Below, piece by piece: positions 51,139 to 64,000 of a DNA stretch of 64,000 nucleotides. The notes beneath the pieces were generated by a model. The model ran no database searches and was not told the origin of the DNA. It saw only the letters and a list, made by a program, of their open reading frames with translations. Location: contig OX597815.1 in NCBI GenBank assembly GCA_951406725.2, forward strand, positions 160,642,001 to 160,706,000. The letters are read 5' to 3'. The stretch comes from Octopus vulgaris (Eukaryota). A program made the position numbers and the translations under genes. Each line of letters opens with the position of its first letter. Position 1 is the first letter of the stretch.

Positions 51139-51556
51139 GTATGTATGTACGTATGTATGTACGTACGTATGTATGTATGTACGTACGTACGTATGTATGT
51201 ATGTACGTACGTACGTACGTATGTATGTACGTACGTACGTATGTATGTACGTACGTATGTATGTACGTATGTATGTACGTACGTATGTATGTACGTATGT
51301 ATGTACGTACGTATGTATGTACGTACGTACGTATGTATGTACGTACGTATGTATGTACGTACGTATGTATGTATGTACGTACGTATGTATGTATGTCGTA
51401 CGTACGTATGTATGTATGTACGTACGTACGTACGTACGTACGTATGCATGTACGTACGTATGCATGTACGTATGTATGTATGCATGTACGTACGTACGTA
51501 TGTATGTACGTACGTACGTATGTATGTATGTACGTACGTATGTATGTATGTACGTA
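51139..51556. repeat. (TACG/TATG)n compound microsatellite
   Basis: Alternating TACG and TATG tetramers over ~420 bp. Confidence 0.95.
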
Positions 51557-52677
51557 TGTGTGTGTGTATTTTATGTTAGTGTGGGAAGTATTTGGATGCT
51601 TGAATGTGTGTGTATATGTCTGTGTGAGTATATGAATGTGTCGTGTTGTTTGTGCATGTCTGTGCGTGTGTGTGTCGGTGTCTGTGTGTATTTGTGGTAG
51701 TTACATGGGAGCCTTTGCATGGATGCATGCATACATGTGCATGTCTGTCCATGTGAATAAACTTCCATTTGTGTAGTGTCTGTTCCTGTCACGTTAATAC
51801 ACAAGTACGTTTGCTTCATTATAGTTTGTGTGTGAATGTGTGCATGTATTCCATTTGTGTAGGTAATCGTATGCTTGTTTTTACCCAAGGAACTTCAAAT
51901 GAAAAATCCCTAGAACATAGAAGTTTTTACTGTACCTCTAATCACCTGTATATGTAGAATGCAAATCAGTTTGTTCTTTGCAATATTTGGAAAACCTGAG
52001 CATGTGTAGGTTTTTATGTGGATCTTCTGCAAGCTAAACTTTACTCCTTTTCACTCATTAGAATTCTTCCTTGAAAGATGGGACTGGTTTATAAAAAAAC
52101 ATAAAGCTCCATCAGTGGAATTTCCATAACAGCAATGATAATCATAAGCATGGGTGTCACTATCTCTTTAACTTCATTTCATATGATACCTGTAAATGAG
52201 TGTTGCCATCATGTAAGTGGAGTACTTTGTTTCCAATCTTCAGTGAAAACACGTCTGGTCAAGGTAAAACATTACTACTTCACTTGGAAGCAGGTGAGGG
52301 TTAGTGACAGGGAGGGCATCAAGCTGTAGAAAGTGTACCTCAAAAAATTCCATTTGACCCAGAGGAAAATTGATGTTAAACAATGATGATAATATATATG
52401 TGTGTGTATGTATGTTTTTACATATATATATGTGTGTGTGTATATATATATTTATATGTGTGTATATTTGTGTGTGTGAAGAGGTTTTAGCTGAATTAAT
52501 CAACCCGAGGACTTATTTTTTTTAAAACCTGGTACTTACTTTATTGGTCATTTTTTGTCAAACTGCTAAGTTATGGAGATGTAAACAAGCCAATACCAGT
52601 TGTCAAGTTTTGGTGGGTGACGAATCAGACCCAAAAAACACATGTATACACACACACACACACATATACATATAATG

Positions 52678-52882
52678 TTGCAGAGTAGATGAAACAGGGA
52701 CAGCTGAAGAAGGGGAATATTCCTTGTGTTGTATATCTTGTACTCTGTTTTTTCGTCGTTTGAAAAAAAAGTTCATTTCCATGTTTTTGTTTTTATGTTT
52801 TCGTTTCTCATTGTGTTCAACGTTTTTTTTTATGTCCTGCACCCATATGTGCATGTATATATACATATAGATGTGGATATAT
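52678..52882 (+). mobile_element. Short dispersed repeat, probable PLE 3' terminus; homologues at 55318-55570 and 57340-57600
   Basis: GAGTAGATGAAAC..CTGAAGAAGGGG..TGCATATGTTTTATTT shared by three copies, each ending in (TA)n. Confidence 0.55.
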
Positions 52883-52895
52883 ACATATATGCATG

Positions 52896-52950
<55 letters not shown>

Positions 52951-53549
52951 GTATGTATACATAGAAGAAATAACAGTGATACAAGGTCTGTGAGTCACTC
53001 TGTTACTTCTGCTAACTACTAATAATATATATATATATATATGTATATGGAGTTCTTTCAGTCTACTTCTACCAAATTTACTCACAAGGTTTTCAGTTAG
53101 CCCAAAGCTATAGTATAAGATGCATGCATAAGGCACCACACAGTGGGACTGAACCCGAACCACATGACTTGGAAGCAAGCTTCTTACCACACAGCTACAC
53201 TGAGTGTAGCCCTCTCTCATGCCTGCTGTCTTGCCCTCAGCATTCAGCTATGTGAAAGGTGAGACGTCCAAGAGTGTCTGTCTATAGCAGATTACATAGC
53301 CACTTAAAGCAACTGACAAAAGCATACCATATGCCATCAAGTCATATTTGTATGCAAACAAAGAATGTAGTAATTTTAGTATCTGGTTTGTGATTTTGGT
53401 GCTACAGGTTGTATGTTGACTGATCACATAGAGTTTGTCTTGTTGGCTTGCAGAGAATCTATAAGTACAATGAATTGTGAGTAAAACCAATATATAAAAA
53501 AATTCCCTTGAAAATAAATCGGTACGAGAGATAGAGGAGGAGGAGAATG

Positions 53550-53704
53550 CTAGCCCCTACACATTCTTTATTTTCTCTCCTTGTTTCTTTCTGTGGAAGA
53601 GCATAGGTTCGAAACGTTAAAGACTTTTTTACTTCCCAAGTGTTATAATAATACACCTGTTTGTTGTCTACACCACCTGTCTTCGTCTTTTTTGTGAATT
53701 CTCC

Positions 53705-53707
<3 letters not shown>
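53550..53707 (+). mobile_element. Solo PLE pseudo-LTR with hammerhead motif at 53586-53623
   Basis: TCTTT-CTGTGGA-A-GAGC-ATAG-GTTC-GAAAC-GTT-AAAGA; followed by (TA)n. Confidence 0.65.
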
Positions 53708-53776
<69 letters not shown>

Positions 53777-54052
53777 ATATATGTGTGTGTATACACATAT
53801 ATATATATGTATGTATGTATATATGTGTTTGTATACACATATATATATATATGTATGTATGTATATATGTGTGTGTATACACATATATATATATGTATGT
53901 ATGTATATATGTGTGTGTATATATATATGTATGTATGTATATATGTGTGTGTATACACATATATATATATGTATGTATGTATATATGTGTGTGTATACAC
54001 ACATATATATATATATATATATATGTGTGTATATATGTGTGTGTATACACAC

Positions 54053-54084
<32 letters not shown>

Positions 54085-54150
54085 ATATGTGTTTGTATAC
54101 ACACATATATATATATATATGTATGTATGTATATATGTGTGTGTATACAC

Positions 54151-54202
<52 letters not shown>

Positions 54203-54307
54203 ATATGTGTGTGTATACACATATGTATGTTTGTATATATGTGTGTGTATACACATATGTATATATATATATATATGTATGTATATATGTGTGTGTATAC
54301 ACATATG

Positions 54308-54340
<33 letters not shown>

Positions 54341-54381
54341 ATATGTGTGTGTATACACATATGTATATATATATATATATA
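53707..54381. repeat. Microsatellite-derived minisatellite (~40-bp higher-order unit)
   Basis: Repeating ATGTATGTATGTATATATGTGTGTGTATACACA(TA)n. Confidence 0.9.
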
Positions 54382-54404
54382 TGAACATCAATGGAATTTG
54401 TAGT

Positions 54405-54730
54405 TTTGTGGTACCAGTGCCGGTGGCACATACGAAAACCATCCGAACATGGCCGTAGCCAGTACCGCATTGACTGGCCTCCGTGCGGTGGCACGTAAAA
54501 AACACCATCCGAGCGTAGCTGTTCGCCAGCCTCGTCTGGCACCTGTGTTAGTGGCACATAAAATCACCCACTACACTCTCGGAGTGGTTGGCGTTAGGAA
54601 GGGCATCCAGCTGTAGAAACACTGCCAGATCTGACTGGCCTGGTGCAGCCTTCGGGCTTCCCAGACCCCAGTTGAACCGTCCAACTAGCATGGAAAGCGG
54701 ACGTTAAACGATGATGATGATGATGATGAT
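54405..54730 (+). mobile_element. RTE-tail-type SINE/LINE 3' end with (GAT)n tail; relatives at 58075-58250 (+), 63222-64000 (-), ~52270-52390
   Basis: GTTGGCGTTAGGAAGGGCATCCAGCTGTAGAAAC...GGACGTTAAACGATGATGATG. Confidence 0.75.
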
Positions 54731-55569
54731 ATATATGTATCTGCATATAAATATGTATTTATATATATGCATGTATATTTGCCCACATGTGTTTTTGTGT
54801 GTGTGTATATATATGTGTGTGTATGTGTTTATGTATATATATGTGTGTATATGTGTGTGTGTGTGTATGTGTGAGTGTATGTGTGATAATACACAAACAC
54901 ACACACACACATGCACACACAAACACACAAATATTGATTGATAGAAAATTGATGTGAAACACTCATACACATATACAGCTGTGTGTCTTTCTGTACGCGC
55001 ATGCGTCCAAAGAAACAGGGTGATTGGTAGACTGCAGGAGCGCCTAAAGAGATAAGTACCTAATGAGGCGCAAAGACGGAGTATTTCATCTGTTAAACAA
55101 TATAAAGGGAATTTCTCTCATTAGGATTCCTAGTCAGAAAAGATCCCAGCAGAGACTTAACAATGAATGGGTAAAACCAAATTGTGGAATGATTAATCTA
55201 CCTGCATGCTGTGTTTATATTTATCTACCTATGGAGTTCAATATATTGCTACACATCTATTTATATATCTATCTTTCTATTTATCTAACTTTCTCTATGT
55301 GTATATATACACACATTCACGCGGAGTAGATGAAACAGAGGCGACTGAAGAAGGGGGAATTTTCCTTGTGTTGTATGTCCTGTACTCTATTTTTTCGTTG
55401 TTTGAGAAAAATGTCCATTTCCTTGGTTTTGTGTTTATGTTTTCGTTTCTCATTGTGTTCGACGTTTTTTGTGTGTCCTGTACCCATATATGCATGTATA
55501 TATACATGTAGAGGTAGGTACGTACATATATGTATGTATATATGCATATGTTTTATTTATTAATTTGTC

Positions 55570-55600
<31 letters not shown>

Positions 55601-55794
55601 TATACAAGTGTATATATAAGGATGTATATACATATGTATGTGTATGTACATATGTATGTGTATGTACATATGTATGTGTATGTACATATGTATGTGTATG
55701 TATGTATGTATGTGTATGTGCGTATGTATGTGTATGTGCGTATGTATGTGTATGTGCGTATGTATGTGTGTATGTATGTGTATGTGCATATGTA

Positions 55795-55831
<37 letters not shown>

Positions 55832-55928
55832 GTGCGTGTGTATGTGTATGTGCGTATGTATGTGTATGTGCGTATGCATGTGTATGTACGCATGTATGTG
55901 TATGTACGTATATATGTGTATGTATATA

Positions 55929-56604
55929 TCAATTTATGGGAAAGAATGCTTGAATGAAAGAACTTGCAGAAGATGGTTTGCAAAATACAGAAGTGGAGAT
56001 TTCAGCCTTGAAGATGAAGATCGAATAGGACACCCAGTTCAGTTTGATGATGAAGAATTGGCAATAAAGCTTAGTTCAAACCATACTACTGTTGATCGTC
56101 ATCATCAACAGCTTGAAAAGGTTCCTAAACTTGGAAAATGGGTGCCTCATGAATTGTTCGTAAGCAACTGCAAATCCTGAGTTGACATCTGCTCTTCTCT
56201 CCATTCTAGCGAACTCATTTCACCTTTTTGGGATAGACTTGTGACTGATGACGAAAAATGGATCTTCTATCGAAATGTGAAATGTCGTAATCAGTGGCTT
56301 GGTAAAAATGAAAAAGCTCAACTACAACCGAGAAGGGAACTTGATGGGAAAAAGATTCTTCTCTCTATCTGGTGGGATTGCAAAAGAGTAATTCACTTTG
56401 AATTGTTACCACCTAATGCAACAATAAATGCTCAAGTCTACTGTCATTTCAACGATGCTTTGGAGAAAAAAGACCCACTTTAGTGAATCGAAAAGGAGTG
56501 ATGTTTCATCAGGACAATGCACGACCACACACTGCAAAGTTCACATCACAGAAGATCAAAGAGCTTGGTTGGGAAAAAATTCCTCATCCACCTTATTCTC
56601 TCGA
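55929..56604 (+). pseudogene. mariner (DD34D-type) transposase relic
   Basis: RRWFAKYRSGDFSLED, WVPHEL, VTDDEKW, FHQDNARPH, HPPYSLD; stops, deletions and frameshifts; no TIRs seen. Confidence 0.9.
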
Positions 56605-56744
56605 TATATGGATATGTATATATATATATAACAATGATAAATCTCAGGATGTATATATATATATATATATCTCAGAGATAAATCTCAGAGTGATGTATGT
56701 ATATATATGCATATGTTTTATTTCATTTATTAATATATTATATG

Positions 56745-57588
56745 ACTAAACGCACGCACCCTCTTAAGTAAGATTGTTCTGTATATCAAGTTTTTGTCTT
56801 GATATTAACTCTCACGCGTACTCTTCACCTTTCTGTCCCATCCCTATTCTTTGATTTTCTTTTTCCCCCCACTTAACTCGTCTCTTCCTCTCTCTCTCAT
56901 TCTTCACTCTCTCTCTCCCCCTCACCATTCTTCATGGTCTCCTCGCAGCCATTCCTCTTCTTCTCTCCCTTCCTCTTGCTCCTCCTCCCCCCTTCCCGTC
57001 GTCCACCCGCGACGATACTTCCGCCCTGACTGTCTTTTTTGGCCTGGCTTTCAAGGTAACTGGACGACATTCTTCCTGCTCTCTTGTCGTTCACAAAAAA
57101 TTCTGCGTTTGCAATACTTTTTTCGTTCGGCGCCAACAGCCCTTCTTATCTTGTTTTCCCCGACCTGTCTTTTACTGTTATATTTTTTTACTGTTTATAT
57201 TTTTGTACTGTCGTTACTGTCCTGTTTTTTTACCATTTTTTACCCCTCTGCGAAAAGATCTCAGAATTTTAATTGATTTGCTTTTCGCAGGAAGGAAAGT
57301 TTCTTGTCGAAGATACGTCTCGATTTTATCCTTAGAAACGTAGAGTAGATGAAACCTTAGCGACTGAAGAAGGGGTTTTTTCGTTGTGTTAATTGTCTTG
57401 TACTCCATTTTTTGTTGTTTTAAAAAAAAAAAATGTCCAGTTTCTTTGGTTTGTGTCTATGTTTTCGTTTCTCTTTGTGTTCGACGTCCCTTTGGTGTCC
57501 TGTACTCATATATGCGTGTATATGTACATGTAAAGGTAGGTACGTACATATATGTTTATATATATGCATATGTTTTATTTCATTTATT

Positions 57589-57600
<12 letters not shown>
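56745..57600 (+). mobile_element. Longer copy of the 52678 repeat family (pyrimidine-rich 3' UTR-like + terminus)
   Basis: 3' 260 bp homologous to the 52678 and 55318 copies; weak hammerhead-like GTTTC-TTGTCGA..GAAACGTA at ~57299-57342. Confidence 0.5.
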
Positions 57601-57625
<25 letters not shown>

Positions 57626-58249
57626 CTTTTTTATCTCTTATGATCTTATGATAAAAGGCAGATTTTCTCTGCCTGTTCCCATGTTTCTTTTTAATACAAT
57701 TCTACAATATAGAATTTCTTCAATTGGAATTTACCTATGATTTTTCCAAGTAGATTCGATTGGGTCATGGCATGAAAAGTTTTTTCAATTTCACCCCGAA
57801 TTAAGTAAAAATTCGAGAAAACTCAATATTTTACGATTTGCCTCTCTCATTTCAAGTGGTTTACTCCTGCTATTACCACCACACTTTCTCCTACTTTCCC
57901 TTTGCAAGTGTGAAACTATTAAAGTGAAAGTATTATATAACAGGGATGTGCCATTAATACTGGTCATCCTTTTTGCTAGAGGAAGATCCGCTATGGTCTT
58001 ATATGCTACACCACTGGTTTTCAATTCATATTAATCAAATTAATATTCAACATGTGTATATATATAAATATATGCTGGTGGCATATGTAAAAGATTCGAG
58101 CGAGGTCATTGTGCCAGTACTGCCTGACTGGCCCCGTGCAGGTGGCACGTAGAAGCACCCACTACACTCTTGGAATGGTTCGCCAGCCCTCAGTCAAATC
58201 ATCCAACCCATGCTAGCATGAAAAGCGGACGTTAATCGATGATGATGAT

Positions 58250-58640
58250 GTGGTAAGTAGCTTGTTTATCAACCACATGGTTCTGGGTTCAGTCCCACTG
58301 CGTGGCACCTTGGGCAAGTGTCTTCTACTATAGCCTCAGGCCGACCAAAGCCTTGTGAGTGGATTTGGTAGACAGAAACTGAAAAGAAGCCCGTCGTATA
58401 TATGTATATATATATATATGTATGTGTGTTTGTGTGTCTGTGTTTGTCCCCCTAGCATTGCTTGACAACCGATGCTGGTGTGCTTATGTCTCCGTTACTT
58501 AGCGGTTCGACAAAAGAGACCGATAGAATAAGTACTGGGCTTACAAAAGAATAAGTCCCGGGGTCGAGTGCTCGATTAAAGGCGGTGCTCCAGCATGGCC
58601 GCGGTCAAATGACTGAAACAAGTAACAGAGTAAAAGAGTA
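58250..58640 (+). mobile_element. SINE family B copy
   Basis: Core ACCTTGGGCAAGT and tail GGCGGTGCTCCAGCATGGCCGCGGTCAAATGACTGAAAC. Confidence 0.9.
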
Positions 58641-58667
58641 AGAGTACGTATATATATATAAATATAT

Positions 58668-58875
58668 CGTGTGTATTGTTGACGATCTTTTTCCTTCGTC
58701 GTCCCTTCCTTGGATCTTTGCATTTCCTATGTTTCTGATGAAGAGCTCTGCTCGAAACGCTAAATCGTCCTTCTTTCTTTCCTTTCCTGAGCGTCCAATA
58801 ACAGTATACTTATTCTACATCCTCGCATTGTTGGGTTTTCTCTTTGTGTTTTTCATGTTTGGATTAACTTTATAT
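58668..58875 (+). mobile_element. Solo PLE pseudo-LTR (same family as 26935-27130) with hammerhead motif at 58731-58765
   Basis: GTTT-CTGATGA-A-GAGC-TCT-GCTC-GAAAC-GCT-AAAT; ends TTTGGATTAAC..TATA like the 26935 copy. Confidence 0.75.
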
Positions 58876-59007
58876 AATTATATACAGATATGTACATATA
58901 TATGAATATATACATATATGTGCATATATATAAATATATACATATATGTGCATATGTATAAATATATGTACATATGTATATATTTTTATAAATATATACA
59001 TATATGT

Positions 59008-59043
<36 letters not shown>

Positions 59044-59282
59044 GTATATATATGTATGTATGTATATATATGTATGTATATATGTATGTATATATATATA
59101 TATATGTATGTATATATATATGTATGTATATATATATATGTATGTATATATATATATGTATGTATATATATATGTATGTATATATATATGTATGTATGTA
59201 TATATATATATGTATGTATATATATATGTATATATATATGTATGTATATATATATGTATGTATATATATATGTATGTATATA

Positions 59283-59315
<33 letters not shown>

Positions 59316-59467
59316 ATATGTATGTATGTATATATGTATTTATGTATATATATATGTATGTATATATGTATGTATATATATATGTGTATGTATATATATG
59401 TATGTATATATGTATGTATATATATATATGTATGTATATATGTATGTATATATATATATATGTATGT

Positions 59468-59508
<41 letters not shown>

Positions 59509-59930
59509 TGTATGTATATATATATGTATGTATATATATATGTATGTATATATATATGTATGTATATATGTATGTATATATATGTATGTATGTATATGTA
59601 TGTATATATATATGTGTATGTATGTATGTATATATGTATATGTATGTATATATGTATGTATATATGTATATGTATGTATATATGTATATGTATGTATATA
59701 TATATGTGTATGTATATATATATGTGTATGTATGTATATATGTGTATGTATGTATATATGTGTATGTATGTATATATATATATGTGTATGTATATATATA
59801 TATGTGTATATATATATATATATGTATGCGTATGTATATAAATATATACATATAAATATATACATATATGTACATATGTATTAATATATGCATAAATATA
59901 TACAAATAAATATATAAACATATATATATA
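58875..59930. repeat. ~1-kb (TA)/(TATG) compound microsatellite
   Basis: Direct inspection. Confidence 0.95.
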
Positions 59931-60817
59931 CGTCACAGACGTTTTTGTGTCTGCGTGCGCATGCTGATACAGCATAACTCATAGGAAAAAAAAATTTACA
60001 GACATTAGAATAAATTGATATAAACTCTGTCTATAATTAAATAGTGAAATGATACGTGGAATAAATCTATTTGTTTTTTCTATTCAATTACTTTAATATG
60101 TCTATTTTGAGATATGTTCTCCTTATCATGCCAATTAGGTTATGTGTATGCATGTGTGTGTGTATGATCAGTCTGAAATTTCAATCTCTAGTTTTTCACA
60201 GAACCTTTGTTAAACTACAAAACTCCACAGACAATTGACTACTCACACATATGCATAGCATATTTGCTTATATATGCAGACACTTAAATTCTCTCATTAA
60301 CACATACATTTAAACATTTCAAACCCTCCCTTGTAAATGGAATAAGATTATAAACCCATCATTATGGAATAAGAATATAAACACATCATTTCTATGCCAT
60401 CAATAAATGAAAAAAAAAGGAGAGTCTCCTGCTGGGCCATATCATGTTTTGTTTACCCCATTCTCAGAGGAAACCTACCCAGCTTCCTTCCCCAATCCGT
60501 AGCAATCAACTGATATATAAAATGGTCCTAAATTAATTACTGTCCTGTGCATAAAATTTGATATTAATCCTTTTGATGCCAACCTACCTGTGACTACCCT
60601 TAGTTCTGTGATTTGATTCTATGTTTTCAAGTGATCTAAATTAAAACCTTCCTTCACAACTTTGTGCTAATTATTTTTCTAGATTCTTCATTTTCAAAAT
60701 TAATTGAAAGAAATTAGTGTACTCTAACAGAAATAGAGTAACAAAAGTGTTAAAGTCGTCTAAATTGAAACCTTCCATCAAAGTTTTGTGTTAATTTGTT
60801 TCAAACACCAGCTTTAA

Positions 60818-61933
60818 CCCTTTCGTTACCAAGCCGCCCGAAGCCGCCCGAAAAAATTTTGGTTAATGTGACCAAACCGCCCAAAGCCGTCCGTATTTAC
60901 CTGTTCATATTTAAATGAGAATATCAGAGCAAATCTCTTTAGTACATTCGTGAAAACACGTGATTATACTTCGTAAATAGTTCATCTACAGTTTTGTACA
61001 ATGATCGACGTGTAATTTTAATTCCCTGAATTTTGGGAGATTTTTTTCAACATTTTTTTTTGGCATCGATTTTTCTTCAACTTTGAAAATGGATAGGAGT
61101 TTCATGTTATCAAGTATTGATTCCGAATTGGAAAATTTGTGTAGCAAATACTGGGTACTGTTGTGGATTTAGTTTTTATACAGGGAAACTAATGTTAGTC
61201 AGCATGGCTTAGGGTATGATGTGGTCTGGAAGTTATTGTTTGAAGCGATCAATGCGGAAACAAACTTACGCAGAATGTAAACAAACACAAAATGGGGGGT
61301 CAAATTTCGGAAAATTTGTGAAGCAAATACTGGGTACTGCGTAGATTTAGTTTTTATACAGGGAAAATAATGTTAGCCAGCATGGCCTAGAGAACGATGT
61401 GGTCTGGAATTTATCACTTCCATACCATAACCAGGGCCGTATATTATTTTTTGACCGATTTCTTTAGTTCGGTCAAACTTGCAGTGGATTCCAGTATTTC
61501 ACTTTATTCCACCCTTATGGTACACCTGTTGTGCATTAAATTCAACTGATGATATAGTGATGTGCACAATTCTTCTTTATCAAAATTTTGTTGCATACCC
61601 ATTTGAATATTAGCTGATGATTCATTTTCTATGGTGATGTTTAAACAAAATTTAATATTTTTACCTTTTGCTCAATTTAAAATATTAATATTTTTACCTT
61701 TTGCTCAATTTACATGGATTTACCTGTAATTAAAGTCACTTTGAGATAAAAGTTATGCAATAGAATTGATTAAGAACCCTTTCTTTAATTATGTTCCAAA
61801 TATCACATTAATATGTTGATAAGTAAAAAAGTTACAGTTATTTAATGAAACAAGCCTAGATTTATGATTATTTTAGAATTTAATTGAAACTCATGAGGGG
61901 TGTATTTTGGTCAGAAATATAGTAATGAAAGGG
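60818..61933 (+). mobile_element. Deleted piggyBac element with transposase remnant, nested among related MITE-like units (~60564-62410)
   Basis: TTAA|CCCTTTCGTTAC ... GTAATGAAAGGG|TTAA; KWGVKFRKICEANTGYC..YTGK..HGLENDVVWNLSLPYHNQGRILFFD remnant; internal duplication 61130-61230 / 61310-61410. Confidence 0.85.
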
Positions 61934-62429
61934 TTAAAATAACACTTATTGTTCTAAATTCTTCATCATTTTCAAAATTAATTACAACATAGCGTACTTC
62001 ATCAGAAATACAGTATTGAAAGGGGTAAACTGATCTAATTTTAAACTTTCCATCAAAGTTTCTTGCTAATTTAAGTTCCACACACCAGCTTGTTTATGAT
62101 AAATTTTTCTTACAAATATTGCTGTATTCAGGAATGGTCACTTTGTCAGTTTAGCCAATAAAAACATACGCACTATATATTTGGTGTTACTTTGCTTCAG
62201 CATTATTCATTTTTTACATTAATCTTAATCTTATTTCAGCCAGAGTTTATTACTGTGACCTCATCAGTAGTCCTTTGCTTTCTTCTTTCTTATTTGTGTG
62301 TCTCTCCTTAGCCATTTAGTATTTTGTATTCCTATTTGCAAAACAAATATATAAACGTAATTTTCTTACAAAGTTTTCATTATTTTCACAGTTGATTGAA
62401 CAGAAATACGGCACCAAATGAATTCATTA

Positions 62430-62990
62430 ATGTTATGCTATCAGAAGCATAAATATGCAAATTAGGCTAACCACATTGGTGGTATTTGAATTAATGACTG
62501 ACATATATTTCAGCTGGTATATGTTATTGATTTGGGAAGGAAGCAAAGTATGTCTTCTCCGAGTAGTTGACCATCCATGAAACAATCCAACAAGTGACCC
62601 CCTACTTATTACTTTCTGCACACAGAAATGGCATAGAAGTATTGTATTAACACTCTTATTTAATTGACTGTAAGGCTTTGTAATGTTTAAAATATATTTC
62701 AGTTCTTCTGATTTGCACTTTGTTGTATTGTTGTGCATATATGTAAATCCATATACAGATAAACATATAGATTTAGATATGTAAAGGTAAGATCTCCACA
62801 TTTCAATTGAATTCCCAACGAGTTAACATGGGATCCCATAATGACAATGTAAATTTCATATAATCAAGATATTCTTGATCTAAAGAGTAGCTTGCGGTCT
62901 TCCACTCGTTAGGATAATTTACTATTTATGAGGCTCCACTAGCTATGAAGCATATGTAGCCTGGATTTTATCTACTCCATTCCTTAATGT
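62430..62990 (-). pseudogene. Highly decayed CR1/L2-like RT relic
   Basis: GVDKI.., YPNEWKTA, ISRGSLVGLFHGWSTTRRR resemble LINE RT segments; many stops. Confidence 0.35.
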
Positions 62991-64000
62991 TTGGATACAT
63001 GTGTGTGTGTGTGGACTCACACCATATTTGATATAATATAAGATGCACTTTTCCCCCACCAAAAAATGATCAAAACTCACCCTGGGTCCTCTTTGCAAAG
63101 CTACCTCTCCACATAAGTTTCAGGGGACTTTTGTTTATTAATGCATTCTGCTGAAATTAAGGTGCATCTAGTATGCATGTGTGACTTTTATGCCACCAGA
63201 TACTGCACAAATGCTATGCATATCATCATCATCATTTTACATTCGCTTTCCATGCTGGCATGGGTTGGAAGGTTTGACTGAGGGCTAGTAAGCCAGAGGC
63301 TGCACCAGGCTCAATCTGATCTGGTAAAGTTTTTACAGCTGGATGCCCCTCCTAATGCCAACCACTCTGAGAGTGTAGTGGGTGCTTTTATGTACCACCG
63401 GCACGAGGGCCAGTCAGGCAGTTCTAGCAACGACCACGCTCAAAAGGTGTTTTTATGTGCTACCTGCACGGGAGCCAGTCTGGCAGCACTGGCAATGACC
63501 ATGCTCGAATGTTTTTTTTTCCTGTGCCACCAGCACATGTACCGGTAAGGCAACACTGGCAATGATCACATTTGAATGGTGCTTTTCACGTGTCACCGGC
63601 ATGGGAGCCAATCCATGGCCCCCTGGCAACAATCACGCTTGGATGTGTTTTTAACTTTCCACTGGCATGAGTGCCAATCAAGCAGTACTGTCATTGGCCA
63701 CATCAGTGATTTTGATTTGTTTACACTTGCCTCAATAGGTCTTCGCAAGCAAAATTCATTGTCCAATGAATGAGGGGTACTCATATGTGAGCCGGTTACA
63801 CCCAATGTTCGGATGTGTTTTTAACTTTCCACTGACACGAGTGCCAATCAGGCAGTACTGTCATCGGCCACGTCAGCAATTTTGATTTTGATTTCACTTA
63901 CCACAATGTCTTCACAAGTTTATTGCCCAATGAATGAGGGGTATCCATAAGCAGGCTGGTTACACCCACTGACATAGGCCATGAACTATGGTCTCACTTG

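Noticed and set aside
55929-56604. Domesticated SETMAR-like gene
   Set aside because: Stops, deletions and frameshifts; no SET domain; simple mariner relic

Overview
AT-rich, repeat-saturated eukaryotic DNA. The SINE repertoire, long microsatellites and Penelope-like remnants point to a coleoid cephalopod (Octopus-like); this is inferred, not database-checked. Host gene content is minimal: one possible coding exon near the left edge (- strand) and two NRF1/ETS/YY1-motif promoter-like islands (~1.65 kb and ~47.75 kb). The rest is mobile DNA: four tRNA- or RTE-related SINE families, CR1/L2 and RTE LINE fragments, Helitrons, MITEs, piggyBac and mariner relics, a Neptune-type Penelope-like element (PLE), and a nearly intact GC-rich LTR retrotransposon. 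Most interesting: (1) a 488-nt, highly self-complementary, circularly permuted non-coding unit carrying a complete type I hammerhead ribozyme (retrozyme/circRNA candidate, 18.7-19.6 kb); (2) several further hammerhead core variants in (TA)n-embedded PLE termini, including a compensatory U3-A8 variant; (3) the LTR element, whose primer-binding site matches the 5' 12 nt of tRNA-Phe and whose RNase H is DIRS-like; (4) a LINE/SINE pair sharing a covarying 3' stem-loop; (5) a cluster of long palindromes, one interrupted by a Helitron whose empty site is visible in the opposite arm. Almost all long ORFs in the supplied track outside these elements are microsatellite artefacts.
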